A program made the translations under genes and the position numbers. From Nannocystales bacterium (lineage in GTDB: Bacteria > Myxococcota_A > Polyangia > Nannocystales > Nannocystaceae): a DNA stretch of 64,000 bases. The DNA is taken from NCBI GenBank assembly GCA_050633305.1, contig JBOEGF010000016.1, positions 70,057-134,056 on the forward strand. Direction: 5' to 3'. Below the pieces are notes generated by a model. That model searched no databases. It was not told the DNA's origin and worked only from the letters and a program-made list of their open reading frames with translations. Of the stretch, positions 1-7,967 are shown one piece after another; position 1 is the stretch's first letter; each line of letters starts with the position of its first letter.

Positions 1-1743
1 GCCGAGCGCTCTCTTGGAGCTGGTCGGGGCCGGTGTGCGAAGCAGGTTGAGCGTCGACGCAGCCCAGTTCGCGATGTCTGGGGTGTCGTGCTGACGCAGT
101 GCGGAGGCGATGGCCTGCTCGGCGTCGCGCGGGATGCTCAGCGACCCAGCGTGGACGCAGAAGGATCCTTGCGCATCGGTACCGAGGCTGAGGACCGCCC
201 GAACGAGCTCGTCCGCGTCGTGATTGTGCAGCACGTCCTGCAGCACCCCGAGCGTGCGTTCGTCGGTGGCGGTGGGGAGAAGTGCTGTGAGCAGACGGCG
301 GAGGTCGGCGCCCTGGCTGTTGGCGCACAGGAGCGCGGTCAGCTTGGACAGCTGCTTCTTGGTGCCGCCCGTGCCCGGCGAAGACGCGACACGGATGAGG
401 ACTTCCGCGGCGGTGGAGGAGTCGAGCGAGTCGATGACTCGGTCGAGCAGCGTCGGTGGTGCGTCCTCCTTGGCGTTGTGCTTGGCCGCGGATGAAAGCA
501 GGAGCCAATGAGGAGCGGCGGCCGCGATGAACCCGACGGCGGCACCGGGATCCAGGGCGCGCATACCCGAGATGAACCACTGGGGGCCTCCGTCCGCATC
601 GTCGGGAAGCTCGGCGAGCATGGTCCATGCGCCCGGTGTTGCGACGGCCGCCGCGAGCAGTGCTTCGTCACCCGCGATGTCCCTCAGGGTTGCAACGCCC
701 CGCCCCGGGATGAAGCTGGCCAGCAGCGCTGCGGTTGTGAGGTCGAAGGACTCTGCTGAGCCGACCAAGGGGCTTGCGAGCAACGTCTCGATCAGCGCCG
801 GCTTGACGCGGAGGAGCCGGGCTCGGTGTGTGCGGAGGCCGAGCACGGCCCCCTTGCGCGCCTCGAGGGGCAGGGCCGAGCTGCGAAGAAGGCTGGGGTG
901 GCATGCCACCGCGAGCTGAAGCGTTTCGGGGAGGTGTTCGTCACGCTGCCCGTGAAGCAACAACGAGAAGGCTGCCCGAGATCGGAGGGAGCCGCCCTTG
1001 GCGAGGACGGCTTCGGCGAGACTCCGGATGAGCGCCGAGCGGGACTGGTCGCACGCCCAATAGACCCGGCACCACAAGTCGAGCACGTCCCGCCCTTCGT
1101 GGGCGAGTGGTATGCCCCCTTCGAAGGTTGCGAGGGAAGTCCCGACGAAGTCTGCTGTGCGGCGAACACTGTGGCTTAGGAGGCTGCGCAGGTCGCTGAC
1201 CGGCGCGTTGGCCAGCGCGTCTCCGGCTTCGATGGCGTCCACATGCCCGCGCAGAAGCATGTCAAACACCAACCCGCTAGGTTTCTTGGGCCACGGAGCT
1301 TCCCGGGCCAACCCTCGAAGTTCGGGGTCTGCTCGCAGGTATGTCGCCAGCGACTGCATCGCCCGGGGGGGTTCTGTCTCGAGTGCGAGGCGCCGCACGT
1401 CCTCCCGGGGGTGGAACACGGCATGCGCCCATCGCTTCGGAGCGGTCCCGCAGCTCGCCCGCAGTGCGCGCACGGCCATGCTCCGTACGTGGGCCTCGGG
1501 GTCATCGAGTGCGGCTGCGATGCGCTCGAAACCACCATGTCCCTTGGTGCCACCCAACAGTGAAACGGCCGCACCGCGGAGAAGTCCCGAGGGGTGACGA
1601 AGCAGCGCGTCGACGAAACCTAAGAACGGAGCCCGGTGGTGGAATGCGAGTTCGCACAGCGTGTGAAGCATCGCGGCGAGGCCTTCGAGGTCCTCGTCGT
1701 CGTCGATGTTCGTCAATCGCTCCCAGAGCTCGAGATCGTTCAT
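1..1743 (-). CDS. Large HEAT/ARM-repeat protein, partial (C-terminus runs off the left edge); absent from the ORF track
   Basis: Manual translation from ATG at 1743 is open for 581 codons to position 1: MNDLELWERLTNIDDDEDLEGLAAMLHTLCELAF...LLRHPSGLLRGAAVSLLG...AAALDDPEAHVRSMAVRAL...RWAHAVFHPREDVRRLAL. It has HEAT-like LxDPxxxVRxxAxxAL repeats and Leu/Ala-rich helical composition. The frame stays open upstream to about 2016, so the start is not certain. Confidence 0.8.
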   Translation of the reverse strand, partial: MNDLELWERLTNIDDDEDLEGLAAMLHTLCELAFHHRAPFLGFVDALLRHPSGLLRGAAVSLLGGTKGHGGFERIAAALDDPEAHVRSMAVRALRASCGTAPKRWAHAVFHPREDVRRLALETEPPRAMQSLATYLRADPELRGLAREAPWPKKPSGLVFDMLLRGHVDAIEAGDALANAPVSDLRSLLSHSVRRTADFVGTSLATFEGGIPLAHEGRDVLDLWCRVYWACDQSRSALIRSLAEAVLAKGGSLRSRAAFSLLLHGQRDEHLPETLQLAVACHPSLLRSSALPLEARKGAVLGLRTHRARLLRVKPALIETLLASPLVGSAESFDLTTAALLASFIPGRGVATLRDIAGDEALLAAAVATPGAWTMLAELPDDADGGPQWFISGMRALDPGAAVGFIAAAAPHWLLLSSAAKHNAKEDAPPTLLDRVIDSLDSSTAAEVLIRVASSPGTGGTKKQLSKLTALLCANSQGADLRRLLTALLPTATDERTLGVLQDVLHNHDADELVRAVLSLGTDAQGSFCVHAGSLSIPRDAEQAIASALRQHDTPDIANWAASTLNLLRTPAPTSSKRALG

Positions 1744-2531
1744 ACGTGCGGGCCATCGGACGATACCAACCAACGCCGAAACCGACCGCGTCTGATTGAC
1801 GGGTCGGGTGGCGTGGAGCAGCACGCTCCTCGACGCACAGGCTGCTGCCGAGGTGCTCTCGAGCTCGAGACGATCGCTGAAAATGGTGAACGCAGCACGA
1901 TGCCGCTGCGAACACACGTAGAGCTGTCGCCAAGAGTTCGGGAACTCCAGGACCGGTTTGGGTCTGGACGCTGCCCACTCGGCTGCCGCAACTCCCGTTA
2001 CAAACGGGCGCGCGCCTCAAAGGCGAAGTCCATGGTCGATGGCATGGTGGGTTGATTGGCCCAAAGACCCCGCACTCACGATGGTCTTGGCGGAATCAGG
2101 CCTCGCGTCCGACTGCTCCCATCCGAGAAGTCGCCATGGCAGACGCGCCCCTGCACGTCACCGCCAAGGCGGGCGCACAAACATCAGAATCCCAAATCGA
2201 GCCCGAGACCGGGCGTGTTCAGCGATTGAGGACGAGCACGACCGAAGCCGAGATCATCATCAACCCAAACGCGTCCGCTCTCGCGGCAAGCACGGCGCAG
2301 TCGTTACAAAGCATGAAATCTGCCTTGCTGGACTGGACCGCCTGTTCCACGAGAATCATCCGAATCTGATTCGCGCGGAGCTGGTGTGGTTGTTGGTGTG
2401 TTCTCTAGGCTCACAGTGCACCTCCAGGTGCCGGTCGAGTCTGAATGATTGAGGAACGACTTCGGATGAAGCCGCGCCGGACCGTAGCACCACGATCCGT
2501 ACCGTCAAGGACGCAACGACAGCACGCGGAT
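1744..2531. ncRNA. Candidate large structured non-coding RNA (~790 nt) upstream of the HEAT-repeat gene
   Basis: Longest intergenic gap in the window with no convincing CDS. More than 12 short hairpins, internal repeated motifs (GATTGAGGA..CGA..GAAGCCG at 2224 and 2447; CGTTACAAA at 1996 and 2302), and long-range complementarity (2048-2056 with 2259-2267; 1763-1777 with 2383-2399). Confidence 0.5.
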
Positions 2532-3587
2532 TCAAATGCCGCCGTCGAAACTCTTGAGTGTGACGGCTTCGTAGGTCCAGTGCCCGGTCTCGATGTGCCC
2601 GCCGACCATGAGCGTCCCTGGGCCCGCGATCCGCTCCGCCCCGTCGTCCATGGCGTGAACCTCGGAATGGGGGCCCCAGGCGTCGTCCACGAACTGCTCG
2701 AGGTAGCCGTCGAGGACGACGGGGTCTGAACCCGACACATCAAACCGAAGGCGGTACAGCGGCCCCTCCTCGACCGGCGCTGTCATCGGTTGCACGTAGT
2801 CCGCAGAGAAGCTCCCTGCGATCTGGCGGGTGATGGTCAGGTTCCCGGTTGTGCCGTGGATGAACAGCAAGTACCCGGTGACCGAGCCGGGGGTGTCGAT
2901 GTCTTTGGCCTGGATTCGCAACCCGCACTGGGGGCTGCCGAGGTCGCCTTCGATGTTGAGCCAGGTCAGCTCGAGGGTGACTTCGGCGTCGAGCCATTCG
3001 TCCTGTGGGCGATACACGAGGTTGTCCGGATACCCGCTGGTCGTGTCGACCCGGCGGATGCCCCCGTCGATCAGCGCGAACGACTCCGGGCTCTTCTCGA
3101 TCCACCCGTTGCCCACGTCGTCGGAGTCCGGCCGTTCGAAGTCATCGAAGAAGTCGTGCTTCGCCGGTCCTCCCGAACTGCTTTCCTCGGACGAACCCGC
3201 GTCGGCGTCACCGGTCGACGAACTCCCGCTCGTGGCGACTCCGGTGCTGGAGGACGTGGTGGTGCTCGCGACCGCAGTTGTGCCCGAACTGCTTCCGTCC
3301 GGCTCGAGCGTTGCGGATGCAGGCTCGGTGGACGTCGTGGACGAAGTGGACCCGAGGTCCTCGACGGGGACGCAGACGTCTCCCGCAGGTGTGAACTCCG
3401 CGAAGCGTCGGCCGCTCTCGCACTGTGCGTCGGGGAAGCTACAACCACCGTCGGGTTCGCAGGCCCCCTGCGCGCCACACTGGGCGTCGGAGATGCAGAA
3501 ATAGGTTGGCGCGGGCCCACACGCCAGGAGCAAGGCCCCAAGCGAGGCGCTTGCGATCGCTATGCACCGCCCACCCACGGCAACCAC
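2532..3587 (-). CDS. Lipoprotein: Cys-rich N-terminal module, Ser/Thr-rich linker, C-terminal lectin-like beta-sandwich domain
   Basis: Lipobox LLLAC; CISDAQCGAQGACEPDGGCSFPDAQCESG; S/T linker; FFDDFER...GNGW start of a ConA/LamG-like domain. Confidence 0.75.
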   Translation of the reverse strand: MVAVGGRCIAIASASLGALLLACGPAPTYFCISDAQCGAQGACEPDGGCSFPDAQCESGRRFAEFTPAGDVCVPVEDLGSTSSTTSTEPASATLEPDGSSSGTTAVASTTTSSSTGVATSGSSSTGDADAGSSEESSSGGPAKHDFFDDFERPDSDDVGNGWIEKSPESFALIDGGIRRVDTTSGYPDNLVYRPQDEWLDAEVTLELTWLNIEGDLGSPQCGLRIQAKDIDTPGSVTGYLLFIHGTTGNLTITRQIAGSFSADYVQPMTAPVEEGPLYRLRFDVSGSDPVVLDGYLEQFVDDAWGPHSEVHAMDDGAERIAGPGTLMVGGHIETGHWTYEAVTLKSFDGGI

Positions 3588-3654
3588 GATACCGGCCCGC
3601 GTCCGGATCCGAAACCGGGCTCGCGCGCGCAGCCCAGGGCGCTACACTCCTGCC

Positions 3655-4566
3655 GTGCCCGACTACGAGCTGCGCCGGTTTGCAGGGCCCGCCATCTTTA
3701 CGGAGCAGCTCGACGGGATCCGTGTCGCACACCTGACCGACCAACATGTCGGCCGTGTCACCTCGCACGAGGTCCAAATCGGCGCGGTCGAGCTCGCGAA
3801 TGCGCAAGAGCCGGACATCGTGGTCCTCAGCGGTGACTTCGTCTGTCACAGCCAGGAGTTCCTCGACCAACTGGTCGATGTGATGGGGCGGTTCAACGCG
3901 CCTGTGTTTGGGGTCCTGGGCAATCACGACCATTGGTCGGGCGGGGATGAGGTGCGATGGGCGCTGCGCAAGGGCGGGGTCGAAGTCCTCGACAACGCCT
4001 GGACGAGCATCGAAGTGAAGCACCAGCGTTTGCAGGTGTTGGGCCTGGACGATGCGTACACAGGCAACGCCGACATTCCCCGCGCACTCAAGGGCCTCGA
4101 CCCACGCAAGCCCACGATCGGGCTCTCGCATATCGCGGAGGAGGCGGATGCGTTGTGGGACCACGGCGTGCCGATGGTGTTCTCCGGACACACCCATGCC
4201 GGACAAGTCACCTTGGCGCGGCTGCACGAGTTCATCCTCGGTCGTGTCGTGGGACACAAGTACGTGCACGGCCTCTACGGCCAACGTGGCGGGGAACGCC
4301 CCGGGGCCGTCTACGTCGGCGCGGGGATCGGTGCCGCGGTTGTACCGGTGAGGCTCGGCGCTCGCGGTCGTCGCGAAGTCGCGGTGTTTGAGCTCGGTGA
4401 AAAGGTCGGCGCGTTCGAGGAGGACCACGCCGAGCAGGCGCCCGCACCGGGTCGCGCGCCCAGCATCGACCTGCGACGGCGCAGGGTGCTCGAGGCGCAG
4501 AAGAAGAGCGAGAAGCGGCGCGCGGTCGCTCGCGCAAAAGGGATCGACCCGTTCGCGGCGAAGTAG
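3655..4566 (+). CDS. Metallophosphoesterase (calcineurin-like, YkuE-type)
   Basis: Motifs HLTDQH, SGDF, LGNHDHW, SH, SGHTHAGQ. GTG at 3655 chosen because TACACT lies 6 nt upstream and it avoids overlap with the divergent gene; the ORF track start is 3562. Confidence 0.9.
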   Translation: MPDYELRRFAGPAIFTEQLDGIRVAHLTDQHVGRVTSHEVQIGAVELANAQEPDIVVLSGDFVCHSQEFLDQLVDVMGRFNAPVFGVLGNHDHWSGGDEVRWALRKGGVEVLDNAWTSIEVKHQRLQVLGLDDAYTGNADIPRALKGLDPRKPTIGLSHIAEEADALWDHGVPMVFSGHTHAGQVTLARLHEFILGRVVGHKYVHGLYGQRGGERPGAVYVGAGIGAAVVPVRLGARGRREVAVFELGEKVGAFEEDHAEQAPAPGRAPSIDLRRRRVLEAQKKSEKRRAVARAKGIDPFAAK

Positions 4567-4603
4567 TCGAGGCTCCTCGACCGCCCCGGACTCCGCCGAC
4601 TCC

Positions 4604-5446
4604 CTATGGCGCGTGGCAAGTGATGCAGGCCGTATGCCCGTGGGGCCATAGAGGCGCGGGGGCATCGTTGGGCGCCGGCGTCGACGCGTGCTGACGGGCC
4701 ACCCCGGCGAGCGTGCGAAGGGCCGGGGTGTCGTCGGCCTGGTCGATAGCCTGGAGAACCACGTCATATGCCGCACTCGCCCTCGGGTCTCCGTCGCGCC
4801 GCAGCAGCTCGGCCCACCACATCGCAAACACCGGCCGAACTCCGGGCAAGCCAAGCGTGATGCCTTGAGCTTTGGGGCTGAGTTCGTCGAAGCGGGTGAC
4901 GACTTGCTCGAGGTGATGATTGGCCAGCTCGAAACGACGGGAACGCCTCAGCGGCACGAGTCCTCCGGCCTGGTGTGCATAGTTGCCCAACATCGCGTGC
5001 AGCTCGACATCGTCGGTGCGCTCGAGCTCGGCTTCGAGGTCTCGCTCCAGCCGTCGCAACGTGACAAGGGCGCGGATGGATTTTCCCTGCTGATACTGCT
5101 CGGCGGCGGTCGAAGCGAGCAGGAACCCGCGGGCGATCGTTGCGTCGCGTTCGGACGGGTGGGGCCCCTGCGCGAGTCCTTCGTACAAGGAGCGCTGTAA
5201 CGACGCATAACGAGCGTCGCCCTCGGACAGCGGCAGGTTCAGCAGTCGGGCGAGGACGGCTGCGGCCTGGGGCTCGGATCTCCGCGCGTACAGCTGGGAT
5301 ACGGCTTCCTCGAAGCGCCCGCGGTCCCCCTCGAGAACCGCTTGCACCGACGTCGCAGCGGAGCCTCCGTTGGGCGAGGCTTGGGGGCGCGCAGCGGGGC
5401 GGCTACAGGCGGCAAGCACGAGGAAGGCCGTCCCCAAACGCCGCAT
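4604..5446 (-). CDS. Helical (TPR-like) lipoprotein with a C-terminal CxxCH heme-binding motif
   Basis: Start MRRLGTAFLVLAAC (lipobox) at 5446; ends ...WPHGHTACITCHAP. Confidence 0.7.
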   Translation of the reverse strand: MRRLGTAFLVLAACSRPAARPQASPNGGSAATSVQAVLEGDRGRFEEAVSQLYARRSEPQAAAVLARLLNLPLSEGDARYASLQRSLYEGLAQGPHPSERDATIARGFLLASTAAEQYQQGKSIRALVTLRRLERDLEAELERTDDVELHAMLGNYAHQAGGLVPLRRSRRFELANHHLEQVVTRFDELSPKAQGITLGLPGVRPVFAMWWAELLRRDGDPRASAAYDVVLQAIDQADDTPALRTLAGVARQHASTPAPNDAPAPLWPHGHTACITCHAP

Positions 5447-5451
5447 GACAT

Positions 5452-6243
5452 TCAACTCCACCAGGCCCACAACAGCGCAACCGCGGCGAGCATCGCCAGC
5501 AGTAATGCGACCTTCTTGGTGTCGACGGGCGTCTTCCCCGTCACCCGTCCGGTCTGGCCGTTGATGACGAAACGCCAGGGCTTGTCCGCGAACCGGATGC
5601 AGCCGACGTAGACCGGAAGCATGACGGCGGCGGTATCGACATCGCGCAGCAGGACGGACGCGCGACAATCTCGCAGCCGCTTGTCGCGGATGAGCTCCTC
5701 TCGGACAGCCTGCCGAAACTGGGCGCGTGCCTCGATCGACGCGGTTTGAGCCGAGGACCCGGCGACCTCGTAGGAGGCTTTGGACGTTTCGCGGTCCCAC
5801 GCGATCGGGTGATCGGCGGGGAAGGGGGCCAGCGCGCCGAGCTCTGTCTGGGTGAGTCCGAGGCTGGCCGGAACCCACGCCTCGCGCTGTCGCTCACTTG
5901 TGCCGCTTTCGGGTCGCTTACCACTGCGGGTGTTCGCTGCGACGAGGCCCGTCCAGGTGGCCTGCACGTCGGCTCGGACTCGCCAGGCCGGAACCCACAG
6001 CTTGCGCACTTCGATGTCCTGGCTGCGAAATGCGGACGGTGTCCAGAACGAAGCCTTGGCCCACGCCCGGAACAGACCGCGCGCATCGGTATCGGACACG
6101 GAGAACGGCAGCGCGACCGTAGGCTGTTCGACCTCGTGGAGTTCGGTCGCGGTCAGCGAGATATCCCCACAGAAGACGCACTTCACGGCCTCGACCTGGG
6201 CATCGAAGACCACGATGCCGCCGCAGTTTTCGCACTCGGTCAC
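5452..6243 (-). CDS. Zinc-ribbon protein with C-terminal membrane anchor (paralog 1)
   Basis: GTG at 6243 overlaps the upstream stop; CENCG...CVFCG; FVINGQTGRVTGKTP followed by a TM helix. Confidence 0.8.
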   Translation of the reverse strand: MTECENCGGIVVFDAQVEAVKCVFCGDISLTATELHEVEQPTVALPFSVSDTDARGLFRAWAKASFWTPSAFRSQDIEVRKLWVPAWRVRADVQATWTGLVAANTRSGKRPESGTSERQREAWVPASLGLTQTELGALAPFPADHPIAWDRETSKASYEVAGSSAQTASIEARAQFRQAVREELIRDKRLRDCRASVLLRDVDTAAVMLPVYVGCIRFADKPWRFVINGQTGRVTGKTPVDTKKVALLLAMLAAVALLWAWWS

Positions 6244-7196
6244 ATCCACGGCAGGTCTCCCCTCGTCCACAGGACCAGCAGCGTGGTCAACACCGCGAGG
6301 ATGGCCACGACGGCCGCGACTTTCGCCTTCGAGGTGGGAATGGAGCCGACCACGGTTCCGGTCTGTCCGTTGATCGCGATCTGCACGGGTGCGTTGCCCA
6401 GCCGAACGGTCGCCAACCACACGGGCATCAGCACGAGTCGGACCCGGTGGATCTCGACATCGAACTCCGCTGTTCGGATTCGCTGGGCATCCCCTGTGAG
6501 GTGCTTGCGGCGAAGATGTGCGCGGCCGATTTCGCAGAGGGTGTGGTGAGCCTCCGCGTCGATGTCACGGCGGGCCTTGGAGGGAAGCTCGGCGCTCCAC
6601 CCCAGCATCACGCGGGCGTCGAAGTCCGCGGCGCGCCCGAGGTCGAAGGGCGCGAGTTTGCGGGCGCGCTCGGTACTGAGCCCTGCCGACGCGCACACGA
6701 GGTGATCCTCCAGCTGCATCCCCATGCTCCCCCGTAGATCGAACCACTCGGTCTCGCGGACCGTCCTCGTCTGGGTGGTGGGACCTTCGGGTTCGATATG
6801 GATCGTCTCCCCGGCTTTGTCGGGCTTGGGCTTGGCTGGCTTGACCTCGACGGTCTCCTTTCTGTGCCAGTGCACACCCACACGCGCGCTGTAGTCCGCA
6901 CAGATCGTCGCGTCGTACGCGTAGAACGGAACGAGCACGCCCTGCACGGCATCGGTCTGCAGCCGTCCTCGCTTGGCCAGCGTGCGTACGGCCTGCGGTG
7001 TCCACCACCGGTCGCCGATGTGGGTCCGCAGACGCTCGAGCGCCGCGCGCTTGCTCAGTCGGAAGGGAGCGATTGCGTCGATCGCGGACGCGGCACGCTG
7101 CGCGTCGACCAAGGGCGCGGTGCAGTAGGCACACCTCGTGGCGATGTGTCCGACATCGGCCTCGACAACGGCACCGCAAGCCGTACACGCATACAT
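6240..7196 (-). CDS. Zinc-ribbon protein with C-terminal membrane anchor (paralog 2)
   Basis: CTACG...CAYC; PF...WWTP; INGQTGTVVGSIP followed by a TM helix; clearly homologous to the downstream gene. Start approximate. Confidence 0.8.
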   Translation of the reverse strand: MYACTACGAVVEADVGHIATRCAYCTAPLVDAQRAASAIDAIAPFRLSKRAALERLRTHIGDRWWTPQAVRTLAKRGRLQTDAVQGVLVPFYAYDATICADYSARVGVHWHRKETVEVKPAKPKPDKAGETIHIEPEGPTTQTRTVRETEWFDLRGSMGMQLEDHLVCASAGLSTERARKLAPFDLGRAADFDARVMLGWSAELPSKARRDIDAEAHHTLCEIGRAHLRRKHLTGDAQRIRTAEFDVEIHRVRLVLMPVWLATVRLGNAPVQIAINGQTGTVVGSIPTSKAKVAAVVAILAVLTTLLVLWTRGDLPWM

Positions 7197-7433
7197 GTGG
7201 CTCCCGCTCAACGCCGACAGTCTACCGACGGTGTCAGCGTTCGGTCGGTGAAAGATCGTCAGAGAACCGTCGTGATCCACTGACGGTTTGTCGTGTCCCA
7301 CATTTCGCCCACTCGGCAACGGGCCGGATCTTCGTTGCCGAGCGATTGGCCGAAGTTGGTACGCCACCTGCAACCCTTCCTGACCGAACGGGTGAGCGTC
7401 ACTTCAGACGGCCACACCGACAGGAGGACAGGA

Positions 7434-7598
7434 ATGAACGATCAAATCCGCTACTACCGCTTCGTTGCTCAGTTTGTCGATGCGGTGCTCTCCGAGCCTC
7501 TCGTCCGCACCTTCCGCGAAGACCGCCGCAAGCCGATCCCCATGCCCACCCGGGCACCGCGCGTGCTTCACGAGACCCCGCTGCCGCGCGCAGCCTGA
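7434..7598 (+). CDS. Small hypothetical protein (54 aa)
   Basis: Strong SD (AGGAGG..AGGA) directly before ATG; MNDQIRYYRFVAQFVDAVLSEPLVRTFREDRRKPIPMPTRAPRVLHETPLPRAA. Confidence 0.5.
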   Translation: MNDQIRYYRFVAQFVDAVLSEPLVRTFREDRRKPIPMPTRAPRVLHETPLPRAA

Positions 7599-7695
7599 GT
7601 TTTCCCCCGGAGTCGCGGCGACGAGTGAAACAAGACTCCCAACACAGGACACCAATCCCTGGCTCGTCTCCTCCCCCTCGGCGAGCCTGTCCCCC

Positions 7696-7953
7696 ATGCC
7701 TGTGCTCGTTCCTCTTGTCGTCGCGATTCCCTTTATCTTCGCCGGTTGGGTTGTTCACCGCGCCCTCGAGCACCGGGCTCGAATGCGGCAGTTGAGCGTC
7801 CCCGCATTTCCAGCTTCGGTACCCGCGCTTCCGGCAGCCGACCGCGCTGCTCTCGAGCAGCGGATCGCAAATCTCGAGGCCATCGTCTGCAGCGATGAGT
7901 TCGCGTTTCAGCGGACGCTCGGCGAGCGCCGAGACGAGCGCGGCGCGGCCTGA
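7696..7953 (+). CDS. Small membrane protein, PspB-like architecture
   Basis: N-terminal TM helix followed by the coiled coil LEQRIANLEAIV, reminiscent of the PspB C-terminus. Confidence 0.6.
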   Translation: MPVLVPLVVAIPFIFAGWVVHRALEHRARMRQLSVPAFPASVPALPAADRAALEQRIANLEAIVCSDEFAFQRTLGERRDERGAA

Positions 7954-7967
7954 GCTCTGCTTCAAGG

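Noticed and set aside
1958..2452. Plus-strand ORFs 1958-2452 and 2052-2369 within the structured intergenic region
   Set aside because: No recognisable motif, clear SD or typical codon bias; a non-coding structure explains the region better, although a small peptide cannot be excluded.
3562..3654. Head-to-head overlap of the metallophosphoesterase and lipoprotein genes
   Set aside because: Disappears if the phosphoesterase starts at GTG 3655, which has a -10-like TACACT 6 nt upstream.
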